Virus record (IMG/VR): IMGVR_UViG_3300012346_000165 | Span: 1 to 60,129 of that record | Reading direction: 5' to 3' (one strand) | From: a virus | Taxonomy: Duplodnaviria; Caudoviricetes | Length of the DNA: 60,129 nt | In this document: piece by piece, positions 48,519-57,538 of the stretch | Position numbering within the stretch: the first letter of the stretch is position 1 | Layout of the letters: each line of letters starts with the position of its first letter | Notes under the pieces: model-generated | What the model saw: only the letters and a program-made list of their open reading frames with translations | Databases searched by the model: none | What the model was told of the DNA's origin: nothing | Position numbers and translations under genes: made by a program

Positions 48519-50280
48519 TTTTCTTGAAGCCCTGAAAGATAGTAATTTTGATGAGATGCCTGTTGATGCAAAGACATTTGTTGAGGGTGAAGCATATCTA
48601 GGGCAACCACCACTATCTTCAGTTCAATATGACATTGTTGAAGCAATGAGCCAAATCTACAAAGAGGCAGACGTTATTGCTATCCTTGGGCATGAAGAAG
48701 GTAAGAAATATTATAAAAAATACACCAAGAATGAAGTTATCCTGCAACTTGGCAAGGGATCTGGAAAAGACTTCACATCTACAGTAGCATGTGCATACAT
48801 TGTATATAAACTACTATGCCTAAAGGATCCAGCAAGATACTTTGGAAAGCCTTCTGGAGATGCTATTGATATTATTAACGTTGCTATTAACGCTCAACAG
48901 GCTAAGAACGTCTTCTTTAAAGGCTTTAAAACAAAGATTGAGAAGTCACCTTGGTTTGCTGGAAAGTTTAATGCTAAAGCAGAAAGCATTGAATTTGATA
49001 AAGCTGTCACTGTTTATTCTGGTCACTCAGAGCGTGAATCTCATGAGGGTTTGAACCTTATTCTTGCAGTACTTGACGAGATTTCTGGTTTTGCTACAGA
49101 GGTTGGAACAGGAAATGATCAGGGTAAGACTGCTGATAATATCTATAAAGCATTCCGTGCTTCTGTAGACTCTCGTTTTCCAGACCTTGGAAAGGTAGCA
49201 CTGCTTTCATTCCCTCGTTTTCCTGGTGACTTTATCTCACAAAGATATGATGCTGTGATTGCTGACAAGGAAGTTGTAGAGAAGACTCACAAGTTTATTA
49301 TGAATGAGGATCTTCCAGAAGATGCAGAAGGTAACTCTCTTGAAATTTCGTGGGATGAAGATACAATTCTTTCATACAAGATTCCAGGAGTATTTGCACT
49401 AAAGAGACCAACATGGATTGTAAACCCTACAAGAAAGATTGATGACTTTAAAGTGTCATTCTTTACTGATATGGGAGATGCTATGCAACGTTTTGCATGC
49501 GTACCAACATACATGTCTGATGCATTCTTTAAGCAAAAGGATAAGCTTGAGAAGTGCATGACACTAAGAAACCCTGTTGATCAGTTTAGACGATTTGATG
49601 AATCATTTAAGCCAGATCCAGAAAAAATTTACTATGTCCATGCCGACCTTGCACAAAAGCATGACAAGTGTGCTGTAGCAATTGCACATGTGGATAAGTG
49701 GGTAAATATTCAGGTAATGAAAGACTATGAGCAGGTAGTCCCAATGGTTATTGTAGATGCAGTAGCTTGGTGGGAACCAAAGGTAGAAGGCCCAGTAAAT
49801 TTATCAGAGGTTAAACAATGGATTCAAAACCTTAGACGACAAGGATTTAATGTCGGTATGGTTTCGTTTGACCGTTGGCAATCGTTTGATATTCAACAGG
49901 AGCTTAAGTCAGTTGGAATAAAAACTGATACTGTTTCTGTTGCTAAAAAGCACTATGAGGACTTGGCTATGATGGTTTATGAGGAGAGAGTCGCAATCCC
50001 TAGGATTCCACTTCTTCTTGAAGAAATGTCAGAGCTAAAAATCATGAAGGGTAATCGTGTAGATCACCCAAGAAAGAAGTCTAAAGACTTAGCAGACGCA
50101 GTTTGTGGTGCTGTCTTTGGAGCAATTAGCCATACCCCAAAGGATTTTGAGGAAGAAATCGAGGTCCATACTTGGAGTTCATCACGAATTGACAAGCCAA
50201 AAGACGGTATGGTAAACTTAGAAAGTAAGGAAATGCCTGACGACGTTAAGGACTTTCTAAGCAATCTAAATCTAATCTAA
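48505..50280 (+). CDS. terL: Terminase large subunit
   Basis: GKGSGKD Walker A, AVLDEISGF Walker B, HADLA, SFDRWQS, SKDLADA nuclease motifs. Confidence 0.92.
   Translation: MMFDDFLEALKDSNFDEMPVDAKTFVEGEAYLGQPPLSSVQYDIVEAMSQIYKEADVIAILGHEEGKKYYKKYTKNEVILQLGKGSGKDFTSTVACAYIVYKLLCLKDPARYFGKPSGDAIDIINVAINAQQAKNVFFKGFKTKIEKSPWFAGKFNAKAESIEFDKAVTVYSGHSERESHEGLNLILAVLDEISGFATEVGTGNDQGKTADNIYKAFRASVDSRFPDLGKVALLSFPRFPGDFISQRYDAVIADKEVVEKTHKFIMNEDLPEDAEGNSLEISWDEDTILSYKIPGVFALKRPTWIVNPTRKIDDFKVSFFTDMGDAMQRFACVPTYMSDAFFKQKDKLEKCMTLRNPVDQFRRFDESFKPDPEKIYYVHADLAQKHDKCAVAIAHVDKWVNIQVMKDYEQVVPMVIVDAVAWWEPKVEGPVNLSEVKQWIQNLRRQGFNVGMVSFDRWQSFDIQQELKSVGIKTDTVSVAKKHYEDLAMMVYEERVAIPRIPLLLEEMSELKIMKGNRVDHPRKKSKDLADAVCGAVFGAISHTPKDFEEEIEVHTWSSSRIDKPKDGMVNLESKEMPDDVKDFLSNLNLI
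50189..50218 (+). promoter_or_regulatory. Promoter for the surface-protein gene, embedded in terL 3' end
   Basis: TTGACA-18-TAAACT with TG extension. Confidence 0.65.
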
Positions 50281-50296
50281 TATAAATAGGAGAATA

Positions 50297-52030
50297 ATGA
50301 ATTCATTTAAGAAAATCGCTATCGGCATCGCTGCAGCCCTGTCATTTAGCGCCCTTTCTGCCGTTCCAGCTCACGCTGCTGTAAATGCAGATACGCTTGT
50401 TATTGATGCAGTGTCAGACACTGTAACAGCAGGCGAGTCAGCAACAGCAATCGTAACAGTTGCGTTTTTGGCACAGGGTCTAACCGATACAGTCACAGTG
50501 ACATCATCTGTCTTGAGTCTTCCAGCAGGAGTTGCTAAGTTTGCAACACTTTCTGTAGAAGAGACTTCAAGCGCAGTTGTTGCTCTGGGATCTGGCAACT
50601 ATTCAGCAGATGTTGCTTCAACATCAAGCTCTGCAACATACGTAACTGCAAAGCTTAAGGCTACAGTAGATGTACCAAGCGTTGCTGGAACTTATGTATT
50701 TAAGTTCACACCAACACTTAAGGCTGGCTCAACAGGAGCAGTAAACGCTGCTGCCGTAACTTGGACAGTGACAGTAAATGCTGCAGATGTCAAGGCATCA
50801 CCAGCAACATCTACATCAATTATCAATGCTGGAGAGACAACTTCAGCAACAGCAGATGCAACCGTATATGCATCAAAGACTGTTTCAGCAGATGCTGCAG
50901 CAGTAGTTGTTGTCACACAGAAGAACGCAGCAGGATCATCTGTTGCAGAATCATTGACAGCAATTGTTAGCGGTCCAGGTATGATTGGTGCTGGTACAAA
51001 TCCAACAACAATTACATCACAGGGTCGTGCACTTACACTTGCAGCAGGTCAGCACATTGGTATCTTTGCCGATGGAACTGCTGGAGTTGGAACTGTAACA
51101 ATTACAACACAATCAGGTGTTGTTCTTGCAACAGAGTCAGTGACATTCTACGGAGATATTGCACGTATTGTTGCAACATCAACTAAGTCTGTTATTGCAA
51201 CAGGTTCAAACTCAGACGTTATCTCAGCAGTTGCATACGATGCAGCAGGGGTAACAGTTGGAGCGGGAACACTTTATGCATCATCTGCAGACCTAACAAC
51301 AGTTAATAACTCTGCAACATCAGCAACAATTGTTAATGGTGTCGCAAAGTTCCCAGCAACTGGTGTTAAGACTGGTACAGCAAACGTAATTGTTTACAGT
51401 GGCGTTAATGCTGGCATTGTTTCAAACCCTGTAGCAGTTCGTGTTGAGGGTACAGCAACATCTGTAAAGCTTTCATTTGATAAGGCTAAGTACCTTCCAG
51501 GTGAGGCAGCAACAATTACCGTACAGGTTCTTGATGCAACAGGTCTTCCAATGTCACCAAAGACATACTCAAACCTATTTGCAACAGGTGGAATTGTTCC
51601 ATCATATGCATTTGGTTCTGGAAGTGCTGACATTACAGCAGTTTCTGTTACAACAGATACAGAGACAGTAAAGACATACAAGGTCTTTATGCCACTCGTA
51701 CAGAACACAGTCAAGATCTCAGCAACTGGTGGATCATCTCTTCCAGTAGCAGGTCAGGTTGTAGTTTCTGCAGAGGCAGTTGTTGAAGACTCTGCTCAGA
51801 AGGCAGCTCTTGAAGCAGCCGATGCAGCAGCTAAGGCAGCAACAGATGCTACAGATGCAGCTCTCGCAGCTTCAGATGCTGCTGACGAGGCAACAGCTAA
51901 GGCGCAAGAGGCAGTAGATGCAGTTGCAGTATTATCTGCACAGGTATCAAAGCTTATTGCAAACCTAAAGGCTCAAATTACCACACTCACAGGTCTTGTT
52001 ATCAAGATCCAGAAGAAGGTAAAAGCGTAA
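50297..52030 (+). CDS. Secreted Ala/Thr/Val-rich Ig-like surface (S-layer-like) protein with C-terminal coiled coil
   Basis: Signal peptide MNSFKKIAIG...PAHA; Ig-like strand patterns; tail ...LIANLKAQITTLTGLVIKIQKKVKA. Confidence 0.7.
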   Translation: MNSFKKIAIGIAAALSFSALSAVPAHAAVNADTLVIDAVSDTVTAGESATAIVTVAFLAQGLTDTVTVTSSVLSLPAGVAKFATLSVEETSSAVVALGSGNYSADVASTSSSATYVTAKLKATVDVPSVAGTYVFKFTPTLKAGSTGAVNAAAVTWTVTVNAADVKASPATSTSIINAGETTSATADATVYASKTVSADAAAVVVVTQKNAAGSSVAESLTAIVSGPGMIGAGTNPTTITSQGRALTLAAGQHIGIFADGTAGVGTVTITTQSGVVLATESVTFYGDIARIVATSTKSVIATGSNSDVISAVAYDAAGVTVGAGTLYASSADLTTVNNSATSATIVNGVAKFPATGVKTGTANVIVYSGVNAGIVSNPVAVRVEGTATSVKLSFDKAKYLPGEAATITVQVLDATGLPMSPKTYSNLFATGGIVPSYAFGSGSADITAVSVTTDTETVKTYKVFMPLVQNTVKISATGGSSLPVAGQVVVSAEAVVEDSAQKAALEAADAAAKAATDATDAALAASDAADEATAKAQEAVDAVAVLSAQVSKLIANLKAQITTLTGLVIKIQKKVKA

Positions 52031-52048
52031 TTAGATAACGCACAGATT

Positions 52049-52079
52049 AGGGGGCAGAGTCAAATCTGCCCTCTTTTTT
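52049..52079 (+). terminator. Intrinsic terminator
   Basis: AGGGGGCAGA-GTCAAA-TCTGCCCTCT followed by TTTTT. Confidence 0.85.
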
Positions 52080-52087
52080 GTATTATT

Positions 52088-52096
52088 TGGTATAAT
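52088..52096 (+). promoter_or_regulatory. Extended -10 promoter for the PA14 operon
   Basis: TGGTATAAT; AGGAG at 52121-52125. Confidence 0.6.
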
Positions 52097-52132
52097 ATCC
52101 TTGTTAGTATTAACTAACATAGGAGAGAGAAA

Positions 52133-54757
52133 GTTAAGAAAACATGGAAAAATGTAATATTTCTTGCGGTGGCGATAGCCTTTTGGCTAGTCGGACTCTC
52201 AGATAAAACCTATGCAGATGAAGTAACAAATCAGGTAGAATCTTCTACAGTCGTATCAGATGTTGTAGTTCAACTAACAGACACAGCAACAGCAATTATT
52301 CAATCAGCCCAAGTATCAATAGATCAAGCTGAAAGTGCCACGGCACTTATAGAAGCCCAAGCAACAGCCATTACAACCCCTACAGAGACCATTACAGCCA
52401 CTATTACACAGGCTCAGGACTCAATCATACAAGCTCAAACATTAGTAGATAGCGCTACTGCTGCTATGAATCAAGTTGATTCTGCCACTGTTTTGGTTGC
52501 TGAGGCTGAGGAAAATGTTGCTATTGCTCAAATTGCGGTAGACTCACAAACAGCGACGGTATCCTTGGGCCAGACCATACTTGATAGCGCTACTGCCACA
52601 GTAAATGCAAATACTACATCTGGTTTAAATATGACAATATACAGCAATCCAGGAACAAATAATAGACCAGCTATGGGTGGCAATGTTGTTTATACAGGCA
52701 CAGATACCAATGGTATTAACGAGCAATGGGGTGGCAGCGGACCAACAGTAAATGGTGCAACCACAACAACTACAATAACTGAAACTTTTGCGGGAAATCG
52801 TTTAAATACAAATATTGGAATTGCAGTAAATGGAACACCAGTTTCTACTACAAACAATAACAATGTTTATATTGGATCAATTGGATTTCCACAACCTGGC
52901 CAGGACCCATCTTTAAGTCTTAGACAGTCAACAGCTGACACCCTTATAACTATGCCAGCAAATACAACTGCAGCAAGCTTTCAGGTATTTGCTAAAAATG
53001 GTAATCATGATGCCATAGTTACTTATACAGATGGTACTACAAGTACATTTACTATTCAAGATAATGTTAGTTTATCTTACCCTGGATATATCCATGAGGA
53101 AGTTATTACGGCCCCTGCAGGAAAAACTATTGCAACAATAAATATTCCTGCTAACTGGGACTACTATGGTGTAGACAATGTGTCTGCTACAAGCACAGTT
53201 ACTTCAACCACAACAGTATCAGAAGACTTCCAGGTTAAGTGGGAAGGTATTTGGACACCAACAACAACTGGAACACAGTACATAACTGCACCAGCAGATG
53301 ATGGAGTTCGCTTATATCTTGATAATGAATTAGTTATTGATGACTGGTTTGACAAGGGTGGTGGAGGATCTACCGCTGATGTTATGACTACAGCTGGTGT
53401 AGCAAAGCAATTCCAAATGTGGTATTACGAAAATGGCGGAGGGGCTAATGTATCACTGCTTAGATATACAGGCTCTGGATGGGAAGTAATTCCTGCATCA
53501 GAATTTAGCACAACTAATGCAAGCCCAGAACAGTTACAAGCACTTGCTGAAGCAAGAAATAATCTTAATATTGCACAAGGAGCCCTAGATATTCTTGAAG
53601 GTGACTTAACTACTGCAGAAGAAGATTTAATTGAGGCAGAGGAAAACTTACAAGATGCTCAGGACGAATTAGATTCTTTAATACTTCAAGTTGGAACAGC
53701 AGTTAGCGTTATGGAAAATAAAGTTGCATATGCTAACAATATAGTAAGTCAAACACTTGCTAATGAAGAGGCAGAAAGACAAGCAGCAGAGCAAGCAAGA
53801 CTTGCTGCAATAGCTGCAGAGAACGCAAGAATAGCAGCACAGCAAGCATATGAAGCAGAGCAAGCTAGAATAGCTGCTGAGGCTGCACGAGTTAAAGCAG
53901 AAGCAGAAGCAAAGGCAGCAGAGGAAGCTGCAGCAAAAGCAGAAGCAGATAGAATTGCTGCTGAAGAAGCAGCTGCAAAGGCAGAGGCTGATCGCATAGC
54001 AGCAGAAGAAGCAGCTGCAAAGGCCAAGGCAGAAGCAGATAAAGCAGAAGCAGATAGGCTAGAAGCTGAGGCAAAAGCTAAAGCAGCAGAAGAAGAAAAG
54101 GCTAAAGCAGAAGCCGAAGCCAAAGCTAAGGCAGAAGAAGATGCTAAAAAGTTAGCAGAAGAAAAGGCTGCAGAAGAGGCTAAGGCAAAGGCTGAAGAAG
54201 AAAAAGCAAAAGCTGAGGCAGATGCTAAAAAGGCAGAACAAGAGAAATTAGATAAGTTGGCAGAAGAAGCAAAGGCTGGTAAGGAACTTTCTACTGAAGA
54301 AAAAGCGGTAGTTGTAGAAGCATTAGTAGCAGACCTCAAGCCAGGAGAATCTCTTTCAGCAGCACAAGTGCAGTCATCTGGAGTATCATATGCTGATCTT
54401 CCACCAGAAACACCAATTGAATTAAGAACAGATGAAAGTGGTAATCCACTTGTTATAACAGCTGAAGTTGCTGCACAAGTTGAGCTAGTTCAAGATCCAG
54501 GAGCATTGCTAGAGGCAGCATTAACAGATCCAGGAGCAGCTTTGGCAGCACTTGGAAGCATTGGTGCAGATATGACAGAAGAAGAAAGAGAAGAGGCAAC
54601 CGATATGGTTGTCGCAACAGTTGTGGCAGCAGGTGCAGCATTGAATGCTGTAGGTGCAGCGACAGGTGGTTCAGCACCAGCAGGTGGTGGATCATCAGGA
54701 GGTGGGCCAAGTGGGGGTACAAACTCAGGTGGTTCCAGGAGGAATGAAAAATGGTAA
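52133..54757 (+). CDS. Secreted PA14-domain protein with coiled-coil stalk, Ala/Glu/Lys repeats and C-terminal hydrophobic anchor (start GTT 52133 proposed; first standard start is GTG 52169)
   Basis: EDFQVKWEG..., ADDGVRLYLD..LVIDDW, YYENGGGA PA14 motifs; signal peptide ending TYA-DE. Confidence 0.75.
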   Translation, partial: VKKTWKNVIFLAVAIAFWLVGLSDKTYADEVTNQVESSTVVSDVVVQLTDTATAIIQSAQVSIDQAESATALIEAQATAITTPTETITATITQAQDSIIQAQTLVDSATAAMNQVDSATVLVAEAEENVAIAQIAVDSQTATVSLGQTILDSATATVNANTTSGLNMTIYSNPGTNNRPAMGGNVVYTGTDTNGINEQWGGSGPTVNGATTTTTITETFAGNRLNTNIGIAVNGTPVSTTNNNNVYIGSIGFPQPGQDPSLSLRQSTADTLITMPANTTAASFQVFAKNGNHDAIVTYTDGTTSTFTIQDNVSLSYPGYIHEEVITAPAGKTIATINIPANWDYYGVDNVSATSTVTSTTTVSEDFQVKWEGIWTPTTTGTQYITAPADDGVRLYLDNELVIDDWFDKGGGGSTADVMTTAGVAKQFQMWYYENGGGANVSLLRYTGSGWEVIPASEFSTTNASPEQLQALAEARNNLNIAQGALDILEGDLTTAEEDLIEAEENLQDAQDELDSLILQVGTAVSVMENKVAYANNIVSQTLANEEAERQAAEQARLAAIAAENARIAAQQAYEAEQARIAAEAARVKAEAEAKAAEEAAAKAEADRIAAEEAAAKAEADRIAAEEAAAKAKAEADKAEADRLEAEAKAKAAEEEKAKAEAEAKAKAEEDAKKLAEEKAAEEAKAKAEEEKAKAEADAKKAEQEKLDKLAEEAKAGKELSTEEKAVVVEALVADLKPGESLSAAQVQSSGVSYADLPPETPIELRTDESGNPLVITAEVAAQVELVQDPGALLEAALTDPGAALAALGSIGADMTEEEREEATDMVVATVVAAGAALNAVGAATGGSAPAGGGSSGGGPSGGTNSGGSRRNEKW
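53921..54043 (+). repeat. 42-nt tandem coding repeats (EEAAAKAEADRIAA)
   Basis: Two full copies at 53921 and 53963, partial third at 54005. Confidence 0.85.
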
Positions 54758-54921
54758 AACTAATCAAGGATATTCTTGACCAACAATGGACACTCCTTGG
54801 CATGTTTATTGCCTGGGTTGTGTTAGACGGTTCTGCAAAGACCGTTGTTGGATATGGAATTGTAATAACAACAGTTACATGGATACTTAGTTATCCAATT
54901 AGAAATAGAGAGGATGACTAA
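54751..54921 (+). CDS. 56-aa two-TM membrane protein (not in ORF track)
   Basis: MVKLIKDILDQQWTLLGMFIAWVVLDGSAKTVVGYGIVITTVTWILSYPIRNREDD; GGAGG SD; coupled to both neighbours. Confidence 0.75.
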   Translation: MVKLIKDILDQQWTLLGMFIAWVVLDGSAKTVVGYGIVITTVTWILSYPIRNREDD

Positions 54922-55148
54922 TGAAAGAAAAGATAATGTACATCCTTGCTGCAGGAGTTATGCTTGCAATTGTAATAGCAATTGTTGGAGACTATGTAGT
55001 AGCAGGAATTGAAACGGTATCAACAGGTGAGCCAGTAGAGGTTTCATCTGATGTAATGACCTTAGTTCAAACAGCACTTGGTGGTGTTATTGGAATTATT
55101 GGTGGATACTTTGGTGCAAAAGGATCAAGGAAAGGAGAAGACGAATGA
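54921..55148 (+). CDS. Small two-TM membrane protein (holin-like topology)
   Basis: Two hydrophobic segments, GGVIGIIGGYFG, charged C-terminus. Confidence 0.6.
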   Translation: MKEKIMYILAAGVMLAIVIAIVGDYVVAGIETVSTGEPVEVSSDVMTLVQTALGGVIGIIGGYFGAKGSRKGEDE

Positions 55149-55444
55149 ATAGCATAACAAATATTTGGAATATTCTCATGCGTATTGTTGCGGTATTTGC
55201 AGCAAATGCGCTTGCAGTAATTGGAGCAGGAGCAATCGCAGGTATTTCAGTAGCAAAAGCTATGACAGTTGCTGGACTTAGTGCAGTAGCAGTTGTAGTT
55301 GAGAAGTTGGCTCGTGCATTTATGGATGATGGAAAACTTACAAGAGACGAAATCAATGCAGCATTTTCTACCACAGATAAAAATGCAGTAACAGTTCAGG
55401 ATGCAGCAGTAGAATCACGCAGAAAAAGATCAAAGACAGCATAA
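55145..55444 (+). CDS. Small membrane protein, holin candidate
   Basis: Hydrophobic N-terminal half, DDGKLTRDEINAAF, basic tail. Confidence 0.55.
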   Translation: MNSITNIWNILMRIVAVFAANALAVIGAGAIAGISVAKAMTVAGLSAVAVVVEKLARAFMDDGKLTRDEINAAFSTTDKNAVTVQDAAVESRRKRSKTA

Positions 55445-55464
55445 TTAAACATAGTTGACCCTGT

Positions 55465-55493
55465 TTGACATCCCCTCTCTAGAGTGCTATACT
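55465..55493 (+). promoter_or_regulatory. Consensus promoter
   Basis: TTGACA-17-TATACT with TG extension. Confidence 0.75.
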
Positions 55494-55525
55494 TAGATAT
55501 AGACATTTTGGGGAGGGGTTTCTGC

Positions 55526-56056
55526 ATGACTTGTATTGCAGTTGTTCGTGATGAAATAAATAATAAAATCTACATGGCTGGTGATCGTGGTGCATCTGAC
55601 GACGGTACTATTCTAGCACTAACTGCACCAAAGGTGTGGAAGTTAGGTCCATACCTAATTGGATATGCTGGCTCTATGGATGGTGAGCGTCTTCGCTATA
55701 ACTTTAACCCGTATGTTCCTGATATTAAAGACACAGACAAGTTTATGCAGACTAAGTTTATTAAGCAACTTAAGCAGTTCTATACTGATTGGTGGGTTGA
55801 TACTGGTAAAGATGCAGACTTTGGCTTAATCATTGCTATTCGTGGTGAAATCTATGAGCATAGTGCTGGAGATATGTCTTTATCTAAGTATACCGTTCCA
55901 TTTCTTGCAATGGGTTCAGGAGCAGAGTATGCAATGGGACACCTTGATGCTACTCAAAAAGCCAGGGATGCACGAAAGCGTGTTGTTGGTGCAGTAAACT
56001 CTGCAATTAAATTTAGTCCAACCTGCATGGGCCCAGTTGACGTAGTAAGCATTTAA
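55526..56056 (+). CDS. Ntn-hydrolase, proteasome beta / HslV-like peptidase (start revised to MTCIAV)
   Basis: N-terminal Thr after Met, AGD, KV, GYAGS, AMGSG; GGGAGG SD. Confidence 0.8.
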   Translation: MTCIAVVRDEINNKIYMAGDRGASDDGTILALTAPKVWKLGPYLIGYAGSMDGERLRYNFNPYVPDIKDTDKFMQTKFIKQLKQFYTDWWVDTGKDADFGLIIAIRGEIYEHSAGDMSLSKYTVPFLAMGSGAEYAMGHLDATQKARDARKRVVGAVNSAIKFSPTCMGPVDVVSI

Positions 56057-56071
56057 AGCTATACTTATAAT

Positions 56072-56269
56072 ATGGACGAAACATTAGTAGATAAAGAATG
56101 GTCTGACTTTGATAAGTGGATCAATGAAGGAATTGAAAGAGGCTGGATATCAGAGCCTTACTGTAACACACATGATGGTGGTTACCAATATATGTCAGAA
56201 GAAGAGATAGCAGAGTGGGATGAGGGTGGAGATCCTTGTTGCCATGTCCTACGATTAATGATTGGTTAA
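56072..56269 (+). CDS. Small acidic Cys/His hypothetical protein
   Basis: GWISEPYCNTHDG...GGDPCCHVLR; TATACT 6 nt upstream (leaderless). Confidence 0.65.
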   Translation: MDETLVDKEWSDFDKWINEGIERGWISEPYCNTHDGGYQYMSEEEIAEWDEGGDPCCHVLRLMIG

Positions 56270-56272
56270 TAA

Positions 56273-57466
56273 ATGATTAAACAAGTAGCACGATATACAT
56301 CTATTGCATTGTTGTGTTTAATGGTCGCACCTGCTAATGGTGCCGTCATATCAACATGTTCATCAAAACAGTTAAATACAGTTAAAAATAATATGGTGTG
56401 TAAGAAATATGGAATTATTAATAGGTGGGTACCTGTAGCAAAAACAACAACAAGTCAAATTCCTGCACCAGCTAAAGAAGAAACCAAAACTGCTATACCT
56501 ATAAAGGTTGAACCTACAGTAGTAAGTACTCCAGTTGCAGTATTAGAAACAAAAACAATTAATTCTTTTAATGATTTGTTAAGCAATTCAGACTCTGTTC
56601 CATACCTAGCATGGAAAAATGCTTCTGTAGGAATGTCTGATACAACAAAAAATGTTTCCGTGCAAGTTATTTATGGTCCAAATACAACTTTGCCAAACAA
56701 TAAAGCTGATCTTTCAGTAACCAATACATATAAGATTTTTAATAGTTTTAAGTTGCCAGATAATGTTTTATTTATTTATTATTCTTATGCTGACATAAAG
56801 TGGGCCCAAGAACAATTTTTTAAATATACAAGGCAAAGTAATGGGATGGAAGCTTCAAGAATGTGCTCTACAGAGTCTAGATGCTGGGGAGCACAAGCAG
56901 AACTTGGAAAACAAAATCAAGCAGTTGTACAGATTGCAGTAATGCCAGCAGGGGTTTCAGACAATAATCACCTATCTGGAATGCTTGAAGCACATGAGCT
57001 TATGCATACCTTACAGTCATTTCAGTTTGTTGGCACTGCAAAAGAACCTAATTCATATTGCTGTACAAAAGCATACATGCCTTGGTGGATGGTTGAAGGA
57101 CTTTCCGAATACTCAAAAAATATTGCAATAAACTATTCATCTTTTGATCAGTATAAAATTGCAAGAAAACAAATATTAGGTCACCTAGGAATTTTAAATG
57201 ACTACAACTGGGTATACTCATATATTGCTTCATATAATCTTTCAGAATGGTCAAAGCCAGCTAATGAGGGTAGAATGTATGACGTTGGATTCTTGGTCAA
57301 TGAGGCTATTGGAGCAATTTACGGACCAAAAGCAAACCTAAGATTATTTGAAAAGGTGGCTAATGGTCTTACTTTTGAGCAGGCATTTTATAGTGAGTTT
57401 GGTCAGCAGTACTCAGCTGTCCAGCCAATACTGGCTGAATACATTATTAAGAGCCTGGCCAACTAA
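56273..57466 (+). CDS. Secreted zinc metallopeptidase-like protein (clan MA, gluzincin-like)
   Basis: Signal peptide, N-terminal C..K......C.K....W module, Pro/Thr linker, AHELMH..Q and PWWMVEGLSEY. Confidence 0.75.
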   Translation: MIKQVARYTSIALLCLMVAPANGAVISTCSSKQLNTVKNNMVCKKYGIINRWVPVAKTTTSQIPAPAKEETKTAIPIKVEPTVVSTPVAVLETKTINSFNDLLSNSDSVPYLAWKNASVGMSDTTKNVSVQVIYGPNTTLPNNKADLSVTNTYKIFNSFKLPDNVLFIYYSYADIKWAQEQFFKYTRQSNGMEASRMCSTESRCWGAQAELGKQNQAVVQIAVMPAGVSDNNHLSGMLEAHELMHTLQSFQFVGTAKEPNSYCCTKAYMPWWMVEGLSEYSKNIAINYSSFDQYKIARKQILGHLGILNDYNWVYSYIASYNLSEWSKPANEGRMYDVGFLVNEAIGAIYGPKANLRLFEKVANGLTFEQAFYSEFGQQYSAVQPILAEYIIKSLAN

Positions 57467-57471
57467 TTATT

Positions 57472-57538
57472 TGGTATAATATATATGTACCTGCCTAACG
57501 GGGGTATAAAATTAACTCGCTGAAAAGGAGAAAATAAA
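57472..57538 (+). promoter_or_regulatory. hsp20 promoter and ROSE-like RNA thermometer leader
   Basis: TGGTATAAT; hairpin at 57486-57508; CUCGCU-GAAA-AGGAG hairpin at 57516-57530 with a bulged G opposite the SD. Confidence 0.55.

Noticed and set aside
5854-50280. Inteins or introns in nrdJ, dnaB, dnaE, recA or terL
   Set aside because: ORFs are uninterrupted and of normal length, with no intein splice or LAGLIDADG motifs noticed
55471-55518. Inverted repeat CCCCTC / GAGGGG flanking the Ntn-gene -10 box
   Set aside because: Only about 6 bp match, one arm is simply the SD and the other is untranscribed; could be chance
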